Shown: piece by piece, positions 56,914 through 64,000 of the stretch
Position numbering within the stretch: the first letter of the stretch is position 1
Layout of the letters: each line of letters begins with the position of its first letter
Assembly: GCA_015523325.1 (NCBI GenBank)
Contig: WAKO01000015.1
Span: 9,812-73,811 of the forward strand
Direction of reading: 5' to 3'
From: Candidatus Micrarchaeota archaeon
GTDB lineage: Archaea; Micrarchaeota; Micrarchaeia; Anstonellales; J096
Length of the DNA stretch: 64,000 nt
Program-made: the position numbers and the translations under genes
The notes under the pieces: generated by a model
What the model saw: only the letters and a program-made list of their open reading frames with translations
Databases searched by the model: none
What the model was told of the DNA's origin: nothing

Positions 56914-57783
56914 ATGTCTTCCCTTTTTACAGAGAGGAGGAAGAACCTCATTAAATCAGATTTAATACTCTATGGAATGATAACACTTGCACTAATCTTT
57001 CCTTTTATAGTTCTAAACCTAACAGATAATATTCTATTAACCCTATTTTTAGCAGGAATGGCGGCTCTTTACCTTTTATCATTAAACAACAGTATAGACA
57101 TAACTTTCTCCTCAGTAGGGGCTGAAAAGATAACAAATAAAATGAAGAAAAATATTAAGATAAGGCAATTCCTAAATCTTTTGGAAGAGCTAAAAATAGC
57201 TGCAAATTATAAAGGAGAGATAACTCCTTATTTAATAAAACATGACAGTATAAATGCGATGGCAATCTCAAGAAAAAATAAGGCTGCTGTTGCAATAACT
57301 ACAGGAGCCTTAAAGAAATTGAATAGAGAAGAGCTTAGTGGGGTGGTTGCACACGAAATAGCACACATAATTAATGCTGACAGCGATGTTAAGTTAAGTG
57401 CATTCATTGCAGTTGGAGTTTTAGGAACTTATCTAGAATATATAAGCAGAATTGGAGGAAATTCTAGAAAAAAGGGGTCTAACATACTCCTACTAATAAT
57501 TGCTCTAATCTTTTATGCCCTCTCCATACTCATGTTCTTTGCAATAAGTAGGAGGAGAGAAACGTTGGCGGATGTGGATGCAGTTAGGTTAACAAGAAAT
57601 AAGTACGCTCTCATAAAAGCTTTAGAAAAGATAGCTGAAAATGAGAAGATGGAAGTTCCTGAAAGTGCAGCAAGCTTATTTTTTGCAAATCCTCTCTCCC
57701 CACAACTAAGCACTGCTTTTTTTGGTTTGTTCAGAACCCATCCTCCTCTAAAAGAAAGAATTGAGTATTTGAAAAGGCTTTAG
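56914..57783 (+). CDS. htpX: M48-family zinc metalloprotease (HtpX-like)
   Basis: 289 aa with TM helices, GVVAHEIAHIIN (HExxH) and THPPLKERIEYL. Confidence 0.85.
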   Translation: MSSLFTERRKNLIKSDLILYGMITLALIFPFIVLNLTDNILLTLFLAGMAALYLLSLNNSIDITFSSVGAEKITNKMKKNIKIRQFLNLLEELKIAANYKGEITPYLIKHDSINAMAISRKNKAAVAITTGALKKLNREELSGVVAHEIAHIINADSDVKLSAFIAVGVLGTYLEYISRIGGNSRKKGSNILLLIIALIFYALSILMFFAISRRRETLADVDAVRLTRNKYALIKALEKIAENEKMEVPESAASLFFANPLSPQLSTAFFGLFRTHPPLKERIEYLKRL

Positions 57784-57846
57784 ATAAAGAGACAAAAACT
57801 AGGAATTAAACAACATTTAAAACATATTAAGTGAATTAAAGGTGTT

Positions 57847-58806
57847 ATGGAAAAGGAAGAGTTGATAAGAGTTGAGAATGTCTCCAAATACTTTAATGTA
57901 CCTAAAGGAAAATTCTTAATGTTTCCTCTATGGGAAAAGAGGGAAGTTCTAAAAGGAATCTCATTTAAAATTAAGGAAGGAGAATTTGTTGGTTTGCTAG
58001 GACCAAACGGAAGTGGAAAAACAACAACAATAAAGATAATGGCAGGAATACTTGTTCCTGAAAAAGGAAAAGTAGATGTTTTGGGCTATGTTCCTTGGAA
58101 AAAGGAAGAAGAATACTTGAAGAAGATTGGAGTTTTGTTTGGAAATAGAAGTAACTTAATGTTTGATGTGCCTGTTATTGATTCTCTTCTTTTATTTAAA
58201 GAGATATATGAGCTTGATAAAGAGTTTTTTGATAAAAGGGTTGAAGAACTAGCTAGGATGCTTGAAATAAAAGATATCCTTCAAACCCCTGTTAGGAAAC
58301 TAAGCTTTGGGCAGAGAATGAGGGCTGAGATCTTAGCTTGCTTTCTTCATAAGCCAAAAGTGGTATTTTTGGATGAACCAACAATTGGATTGGATGTTAT
58401 AGCTAGTAAAAAGGTTAGAGAGTTTCTAAAGAAAATAAACAGAAATGAGAAAACAACTATAATACTAACAACTCACAACATGAGGGATGTGGAAAGGCTT
58501 TGTAAGAGAACTCTCCTAATAAAGGATGGAAAAATAATATTTGATGGAAGCACAAATAAGCTAATAAAAAAGCTAATAAAATACAAGTATGCAAAGGTTG
58601 AGTTCAATTCAATAAGAAACAAAAGCTATGAGAAAAAAATACTTGAGAGTTATGAGGTTGAGAAATGCAATAACTCTTTAGTTGGGAGAATTCCTTATAA
58701 AGAGCAAGTAAAATTTACAGAACTTATCTTCAAGGCTTATGATGTTAAGGCATTCTCCCTAGAAGATCAAAGCTTAGAGGAGTTAATAGAGGAGGTATTT
58801 GAATGA
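57847..58806 (+). CDS. ABC transporter ATP-binding protein (ABC-2 type, COG4586-like)
   Basis: Walker A GPNGSGKTT, signature LSFGQRMR and Walker B VVFLDEPTIGLD. Confidence 0.9.
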   Translation: MEKEELIRVENVSKYFNVPKGKFLMFPLWEKREVLKGISFKIKEGEFVGLLGPNGSGKTTTIKIMAGILVPEKGKVDVLGYVPWKKEEEYLKKIGVLFGNRSNLMFDVPVIDSLLLFKEIYELDKEFFDKRVEELARMLEIKDILQTPVRKLSFGQRMRAEILACFLHKPKVVFLDEPTIGLDVIASKKVREFLKKINRNEKTTIILTTHNMRDVERLCKRTLLIKDGKIIFDGSTNKLIKKLIKYKYAKVEFNSIRNKSYEKKILESYEVEKCNNSLVGRIPYKEQVKFTELIFKAYDVKAFSLEDQSLEELIEEVFE

Positions 58807-59534
58807 AATATTTTGAATCATTCTTAATTGGGGTAAAAGAAACATTAAACTTTAAGCTAACCCTAGCCCTTCATGTAGTTTCTCCATTAATAATGGTTAG
58901 TCTTCTCTCCTTTATTTGGGGAAATATTTATGATAAAGATTTCCTAACTTATTTCGTAGGGGTAAGCTTATTGCTTCCTTCCTTTACCTTCTACTCCTCA
59001 AGCTCAACAAAGTTTATGCTAGCAATAAGAAATGGTTGGGAAGTTTCATTTGCAAAGCCAATAAACCTATTCCTATTCATTTCAAGCTATAATTTAGGGA
59101 GACACTTTATCCCTTATTTAATAAACTTAACCATTGCTTTCTCCTACTTATTACTTAACGGAGTAGAAATAAACTTAGCTGTTTTAGGCTTTTCCCTTCC
59201 ATTCATAGTTCTGTTTGATACTTCTATGGCATACTTCATATCTTTATTTGCACACTACTTTTATTCAATTTGGGGAGTTAGAGTTATAATAAAGCTTATT
59301 GATGTTTTGCTTAGTGGGTTGGCTTTTCCATTTAATTTAATAAACCTAAAGGAAACCGGAATTTATTACCTTCCTTTTGCTCACAAGGTTTATTATATAT
59401 TTGAAGCCTCTATAAAAGGCGTTCTTCCAGTTGACTCATACTTAATCCTTTTAGCTTACTCTTTATTTTTAGTTTTAATTGCTCTTCCATTTCATAAACT
59501 AGGATGGAAAAAATTTGAGGCTCAAGGGGGATGA
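58803..59534 (+). CDS. ABC-2 type transporter permease
   Basis: 243 aa, polytopic, and overlaps the ATPase gene by 4 nt. Confidence 0.7.
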   Translation: MKYFESFLIGVKETLNFKLTLALHVVSPLIMVSLLSFIWGNIYDKDFLTYFVGVSLLLPSFTFYSSSSTKFMLAIRNGWEVSFAKPINLFLFISSYNLGRHFIPYLINLTIAFSYLLLNGVEINLAVLGFSLPFIVLFDTSMAYFISLFAHYFYSIWGVRVIIKLIDVLLSGLAFPFNLINLKETGIYYLPFAHKVYYIFEASIKGVLPVDSYLILLAYSLFLVLIALPFHKLGWKKFEAQGG

Positions 59535-60334
59535 AATTGAAAGGGCTTGAAATAATAAGGAAGAGCTTTAAAAAGATAAAAAAGTATGTAAAGGTTTTAG
59601 CAAGCTTTTTTAGAGCCTCTATAATTAGATATAACAACTATAAAATAGAATACATATACTCACTCTCTACAATTATTCCTTTTTTAATAACCCTATTCTT
59701 TTGGAAGATATTGGAAGATAGTATTGAGGGATGGAGCTTTAATGATTTGGCTTTACTCACTCTAATGGGGGCAATACTCTCAACATTAATTGAGCTAGGA
59801 GGGTTTTGGGGGGTTATGCTTTGGTTTGATAGAAATGATAGAGGAAACTTAGCTCTAATGATTACAAAGCCAATAAACCCATTAATTTATCTCCATGGAA
59901 TCAACTTTTTTCCAGGCTCTATTCCAAAGTTAATTTTTTACCTTATGCTTCTCATCACATTTATAATTCAAAACAACATAAGCATTTCTATTCTAAGCGT
60001 TGTAGGGGTTGTTTTTAGCTATATTGTTTTCTTTTTGTTTTTAGGAATCATAGAGTGCATAATAATAGCTTTTGACAAAGCAGCAATCCCTCTCTTTTAC
60101 ACAATAATTGACATCTTCAAAATAGCCGATAAGCCAATTGATTTATCTAGCGTTCTAGGAGTTGTTTTAACATTCTTTGTTCCACTAACCTTTGCAGCAC
60201 TAATACCATCAAAAATACTTTATGAAGGAAGAGAATTAGCTTTGTTCTCATTTATAATGACAGTTGTTATGTTAATTATGTTTAGCCTCTCCTACAGATT
60301 TGCAATGAAAAGGTTTGAAGCTGTTGGAGGTTAG
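59531..60334 (+). CDS. ABC-2 type transporter permease (second subunit)
   Basis: 267 aa, polytopic, with a 4-nt overlap. Both permeases end in a similar ...FEAxGG tail (KKFEAQGG / KRFEAVGG). Confidence 0.7.
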   Translation: MKLKGLEIIRKSFKKIKKYVKVLASFFRASIIRYNNYKIEYIYSLSTIIPFLITLFFWKILEDSIEGWSFNDLALLTLMGAILSTLIELGGFWGVMLWFDRNDRGNLALMITKPINPLIYLHGINFFPGSIPKLIFYLMLLITFIIQNNISISILSVVGVVFSYIVFFLFLGIIECIIIAFDKAAIPLFYTIIDIFKIADKPIDLSSVLGVVLTFFVPLTFAALIPSKILYEGRELALFSFIMTVVMLIMFSLSYRFAMKRFEAVGG

Positions 60335-60396
60335 GGTTTTTAAAAAGAGGAAAAAGGAGAAAAAGCTCTTTAATTTTTATCCTATAAAAAATAAGT

Positions 60397-61056
60397 GTGG
60401 ATTACGAAAGGTTAGTGGAAATTATAAAAAAGGAAAAAGAAGCTACCACTCTCTCTAAAGTGGAGGAGGATTTCTATATAAAGTTAAGGGAGTTGGTTGA
60501 AAAAAAGGAAAAAGAGAAAGAGAAGAGTCCTCTCTTTATGATTGAGTATGAGAATATAAGGAGATTGGCTAGAAAGGTTGTTGAGATTAGGACAAAAAAG
60601 ATAATGTTTTTAGCTCTTAATGAAATAGAAGCTCCAAACTCCATAAATGTTGAGAAAGAGTTTTATGAAGAGATTAGAAGAGCTCTCAAAAAGTTTGAGG
60701 AAAAGGTATGGAGAGGAGTTGGAGAAAAAAGAGAGAGAGAAGAAAAAAATAAGGAAGAGGGTAAAGAGGAAGCTGATCTAAATAATTTAAAGGAGGATAT
60801 AGAGAGAAGGGGAGAAATTAGGGGGGAAGAGCAAAAGAAGGAGGAAGAAAGAGAAGAAATTGAAGAGATAAAAGAAAAAATAGAGGAAGAAGCTAAAGAT
60901 GGGCAGGAGAGAAGGATAAAAATAAGGAGCTATGTTGAGGCTTATAGAGGGATAGATGGAATAATTTATGGTCCTTACTCTCCTGGAGAGATTATTAAAA
61001 TTAATAAGGAAGAAGCCAAATGGTTGGTTGAGAATGGGTATGCTGAGTTTGTTTAG
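60397..61056 (+). CDS. GINS subunit (Gins51-like) with a KE-rich insertion between the A and B domains
   Basis: GTG start. The A domain has LSKVEEDFYIKLRELV and IRTKKIMFLAL. The B domain has YVEAYRGIDGIIYGPYSPGEIIKINKEEAKWLVENGYAE. From memory these parallel Thermococcus Gins51. Confidence 0.65.
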   Translation: MDYERLVEIIKKEKEATTLSKVEEDFYIKLRELVEKKEKEKEKSPLFMIEYENIRRLARKVVEIRTKKIMFLALNEIEAPNSINVEKEFYEEIRRALKKFEEKVWRGVGEKREREEKNKEEGKEEADLNNLKEDIERRGEIRGEEQKKEEEREEIEEIKEKIEEEAKDGQERRIKIRSYVEAYRGIDGIIYGPYSPGEIIKINKEEAKWLVENGYAEFV

Positions 61057-61154
61057 GTGTTTAGGGAAGAGAAGGCTAAAGAAAGGTAAAAAAGGTAAGC
61101 TTTAAATAACATTTTCTTAATAAAAAAGAGAGTTAAGAAAAAGGAGGTATTGGA

Positions 61155-61436
61155 ATGAAGATTCCATTGGAAATAAAGGCTTATTGCAAATACTGTAATA
61201 GCTACACAATGCACAAAGTAAAGCAACAAAGTAAAGGAAAACCTAGGACACTCGCAAAAGGAAACAGAAAGCACAATGAAAAGTTAAAGGGACATGGAGG
61301 TAAAAGAGCTGGAAAAGTACCTGTAAAAAAACAAGGAAAAAGAGTTGTTGCAGTTTTAACCTGTGAGCAATGCAAAAAAAAGCAACAAAAAACAATAGGT
61401 AGTAGAACAAGAAAAAGGCTTGAGGTGAAGAAATGA
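61155..61436 (+). CDS. rpl44e: 50S ribosomal protein L44e (eL42)
   Basis: MKIPLEIKAYCKYCNSYTMHKV...LTCEQCKKK zinc ribbon, with aaggagg 6 nt upstream. Confidence 0.9.
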   Translation: MKIPLEIKAYCKYCNSYTMHKVKQQSKGKPRTLAKGNRKHNEKLKGHGGKRAGKVPVKKQGKRVVAVLTCEQCKKKQQKTIGSRTRKRLEVKK

Positions 61437-61597
61437 GCGAATTCATAAAGATTAAATGTAAGGAATGTGGAAAAGAAAAAATAAGCTTTTCCCATGCTAC
61501 AAGAGAAGTTAAGTGCGAGTGTGGAAATGTATTACTTTACCCAATGGGTGGAAAAGCAAAGCTAGGAAAGGCAGAGGTAGTGGAAAGCTATGGTTAA
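61433..61597 (+). CDS. rps27e: 30S ribosomal protein S27e (absent from the ORF track because it is under 60 aa)
   Basis: Hand translation gives MSEFIKIKCKECGKEKISFSHATREVKCECGNVLLYPMGGKAKLGKAEVVESYG-stop. It has the CxxC...CxC zinc ribbon, an ATGA overlap with rpl44e, and the conserved L44e-S27e-aIF2alpha order. Confidence 0.85.
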   Translation: MSEFIKIKCKECGKEKISFSHATREVKCECGNVLLYPMGGKAKLGKAEVVESYG

Positions 61598-62423
61598 GGT
61601 TAAAGAAAAAGAGAAAAAAGATAGAAAAAGCAAAAAAAAGAGAGCAGAAACAATAAAGGAGTTGTTCTATACTGATTCTGGAACTCCGAAAAAAGGAGAG
61701 TTAGTAATAATAAAAGTAAACAAAATAATGCCTTATGGGGCTTTTGTTTCCCTTGAAGAATATCCTAATTATGAAGGATTTCTTCATATAAGGGAGGTTG
61801 CAAGCAAATGGATAAAGAATATAGGAGATTATATTAAGGTTAACATGACCACTGTTGGAAAAGTTCTTAATGTTGAGGAAGACAAGAAAATAGCTGAAAT
61901 TTCCTTAAGAGCTGTTGGAGAGGATACAAAAAGAAAGAGGATGGAAGAATACCAAAATGAGAAAAAAGCCCTAAAGATAATTGAAATTGCCTATAAAAAA
62001 GCAAAAGCTAAACCTACAAAATCAATGGCTGAGAAAATAAAGAAGGATTATGAGATGGTTTATGATTTGCTTGAAGACATTAAGGAAAAGGAGGTTTCTC
62101 CAGAGCATTATTTTCCAAAAAAGGTTGCAAAAATAATTGAGGAAATAGTGGAGAGCTTAATAAAGAGGAGGAAGCTTGAGCTAAAAGCAATTGCCCACAT
62201 AACAACAACAGAAGAGAATGGAATAGAAATAATAAGGAATGCATTAAAAAAGATAAAGGAAGGAGAAGTTAGCTATTTGGGAGCTCCTAAATACTTAATA
62301 AGAGTGGAAGGAGAGGAGTTCAAGGAAATAAGCAAAAAGATTAAGAAAATAGAGAATCAACTCTCCAAAGAGCTTGGGAAAAGTTTGGTTGAGTTTGAAG
62401 TAAAAAGAGGAAATAAAGAATAA
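61590..62423 (+). CDS. eif2a: Translation initiation factor 2 alpha subunit (aIF2-alpha) with a K-rich N-terminal extension
   Basis: 277 aa with the S1 domain GELVIIKVNKIMPYGAFVSLEEYPNYEGFLHIREVASKWIKNI. It overlaps rps27e by 8 nt. Confidence 0.88.
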   Translation: MVKVKEKEKKDRKSKKKRAETIKELFYTDSGTPKKGELVIIKVNKIMPYGAFVSLEEYPNYEGFLHIREVASKWIKNIGDYIKVNMTTVGKVLNVEEDKKIAEISLRAVGEDTKRKRMEEYQNEKKALKIIEIAYKKAKAKPTKSMAEKIKKDYEMVYDLLEDIKEKEVSPEHYFPKKVAKIIEEIVESLIKRRKLELKAIAHITTTEENGIEIIRNALKKIKEGEVSYLGAPKYLIRVEGEEFKEISKKIKKIENQLSKELGKSLVEFEVKRGNKE

Positions 62424-62430
62424 GGATAAA

Positions 62431-62625
62431 ATGATGAGAAAGCTAATAAGAAAATGCTTAATTTGTAATATTTACACACTAAAAGAAAATCATTGTGGGA
62501 AAAAAACAGTTAGTGCTCATCCTATTGATTTTAAACCTTTTTTTAAGTATATTAATCAAAGGATAAAGGTGATTTATCCATGGATACAATTGCATGGAGA
62601 AAAGGATTCAAAAAAAGAGAGCTAA
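62431..62625 (+). CDS. nop10: H/ACA RNP protein Nop10
   Basis: KCLICNIYTLKENHCGKKTVSAHPIDFKP matches the Nop10 ribbon (KC..C..YTL....C....T....P..F), and it follows aIF2-alpha in the conserved position. Confidence 0.75.
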   Translation: MMRKLIRKCLICNIYTLKENHCGKKTVSAHPIDFKPFFKYINQRIKVIYPWIQLHGEKDSKKES

Positions 62626-63332
62626 ATGGCTCTTCTCTCATCGTTGGATTGCCAGGAATAGGGTTAGTTGGGAGGATAACGGTTAGGTATATAATAGATA
62701 AGTTGGGGGCAAAAAGAGTAGCAAACATCTACTCCCCTCATTTTCCTTCTCAAGCTTTAATGACAAAAAAAGGAACTTTAAGGTTGCTAAAGCAATCCAT
62801 TTATTTTTACAAAGAAGGAAAACTAAAGCTAAGCTTCCTTACTGGGGATGTACAACCTCTAACTCCTGAAGGGCAATTTATGCTCTCTAAAAAAATAGTT
62901 AACCTATTCTCAAAACATAAAGTAAGGGAAATAATAACTGTTGGAGGTTATAGTACAGGAGTGTTTAAAGAAAAAAAGAGGGTTTTTGGAGCCTCAAATA
63001 GCCTAGAATATCAAGAGAGGTTTAAAGAGCTAGGGGTTATATTTGGAGAGGCAAAAGGCTCTATAGTTGGAATGGCTGGAGTTATTCCTGCTTATGCTAA
63101 AGTAAAAGGAATAAACTCAATATGCTTGATGGGGGAAACACATGGGGCTTTTGTTGATGCCAGTGCTGCAAAGAAGATTGTCCAACTCCTTTCCTCCTAT
63201 TTTGGATTTAAGATAAGCTTAAAAGAGTTGAATGAAGCTGCAAAAGCAGGGGAAGCTGTTATAAAGAAGATTGAGAAGGAAATTGAGAAGGCAACAAAAA
63301 CACCTCCAAAGGATTTAAGCTATATAAGGTAG
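62580..63332 (+). CDS. PAC2-family proteasome assembly chaperone-like protein (COG1938)
   Basis: 250 aa starting SSLIVGLPGIGLVGRITVRYIIDKLGAKRVANIYSPHFP, in the conserved neighbourhood after nop10. Confidence 0.7.
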   Translation: MDTIAWRKGFKKRELNGSSLIVGLPGIGLVGRITVRYIIDKLGAKRVANIYSPHFPSQALMTKKGTLRLLKQSIYFYKEGKLKLSFLTGDVQPLTPEGQFMLSKKIVNLFSKHKVREIITVGGYSTGVFKEKKRVFGASNSLEYQERFKELGVIFGEAKGSIVGMAGVIPAYAKVKGINSICLMGETHGAFVDASAAKKIVQLLSSYFGFKISLKELNEAAKAGEAVIKKIEKEIEKATKTPPKDLSYIR

Positions 63333-63472
63333 TAAAGGTAAGGTGGTAAAGGGCTAACAAAAACCTAAAATTAGAAAAAAGATCTCATAAGAAATCACTT
63401 AGAAAATCCTAAAAGCAAAAAACAGAATAGAAAAAGCTCATTTTTAAAATTTTTTTCATATAAAGTTAAATC

Positions 63473-63694
63473 ATGAGGTTGCAAATTTCTGCTGAAATGA
63501 TATTGTTATTAGTTGTTATACTTGCTATAGTCGCTCTTGTAGCCCAAAATTTAATGAGTACAAGCCAACAGGCTGGAGAGGCATTCACAAATTCTTCAGA
63601 AAAAATAATTGAAGGGGCTTCAAACACTTGTATAACAGATAATCAATGTCCCGAAGGGCAATACTGTATTAATGGGCTTTGCCAAGAGGGCTAA
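63473..63694 (+). CDS. Small pilin-like protein with a class III (type IV prepilin-like) signal peptide and a Cys-knot-like tail
   Basis: MRLQISAEMILLLVVILAIVALVAQNL follows the QxSxEhhLLL pattern. The C-terminus is CITDNQCPEGQYCINGLCQ. Confidence 0.65.
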   Translation: MRLQISAEMILLLVVILAIVALVAQNLMSTSQQAGEAFTNSSEKIIEGASNTCITDNQCPEGQYCINGLCQEG

Positions 63695-63747
63695 TTCCCT
63701 CAAAAAGCTTTTATAGAGCTTTTATTTTTTATTTTTGGAGGGAAAAC

Positions 63748-64000
63748 ATAAAGCTACAACTCTCTATAGAGTTTATCCTTCTCCTAGCAGTTTCAACAAT
63801 AGTTTTAGGAATAACTGTTTATTCTTTTCAAGCAGTAGGAGAGAGTGCCTCCTTATTAGGGGAAAGAGCTTCATTTCTAAGAGAAAGCCAATTCTTTTAT
63901 GAGTTGGTTAAAGAACTCTGCATTACAGGGGATGGGAATAGTAGAGAGGTGTTTTTCTCTTATGGATTTGATGTTTCCTCCCAAGGAGAAGTAACTCTAA
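63748..64000 (+). CDS. Second pilin-like protein (partial; start codon unclear, runs off the window)
   Basis: The frame reads (I)KLQLSIEFILLLAVSTIVLGITVYSFQAVGES.... It has the same class III signal-peptide pattern but no in-frame ATG/GTG/TTG close upstream. Confidence 0.45.
   Translation, partial: MKLQLSIEFILLLAVSTIVLGITVYSFQAVGESASLLGERASFLRESQFFYELVKELCITGDGNSREVFFSYGFDVSSQGEVTL

Overview
This is an AT-rich archaeal chromosome segment with high coding density. It carries many archaeal/eukaryotic-type translation genes: L10e, L15e, L31e, L39e, L44e, S3Ae, S15/S13e, S27e, aIF1A, aIF2 alpha and beta, aIF6, Nop10, NAC, an Rpp30-like RNase P subunit, GluRS and MetAP2. There is one isolated 16S rRNA gene on the minus strand (about 21441-22936) with no 23S nearby, two tRNAs (Glu-UUC, Thr-GGU), and one textbook C/D box sRNA that I found by eye. 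The structural RNAs are strikingly GC-rich against the AT-rich background. Many proteins are Lys/Glu-rich, the metabolic repertoire is sparse (IMPDH, pyruvate kinase, a GT, a GH130), and there are many large secreted or membrane proteins. Together this suggests a thermophilic, reduced-genome, possibly DPANN-like or host-associated archaeon, but that lineage call is inference only. The standout is a 17.5 kb co-directional minus-strand locus (31869-49327). It holds six tandem paralogous polytopic membrane proteins that share a signature not recognised from any known family, followed by two giant Cys-rich envelope proteins (1758 and 1549 aa), with no ATPase in the locus. I propose it is an undescribed membrane/cell-surface apparatus. 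Other notable items: a second surface-protein island with thrombospondin type-3 repeats; a tail-fibre-like/C1q-like secreted protein inside a ribosomal-protein cluster; two ankyrin-repeat genes, one apparently needing a -1 frameshift at an A9 run and the other preceded directly by the C/D sRNA; and pilin-like (class III signal peptide) genes at the right edge. I saw no transposase, integrase, CRISPR array or cas gene. All functional calls come from motif recognition in the supplied translations; no database search was possible.
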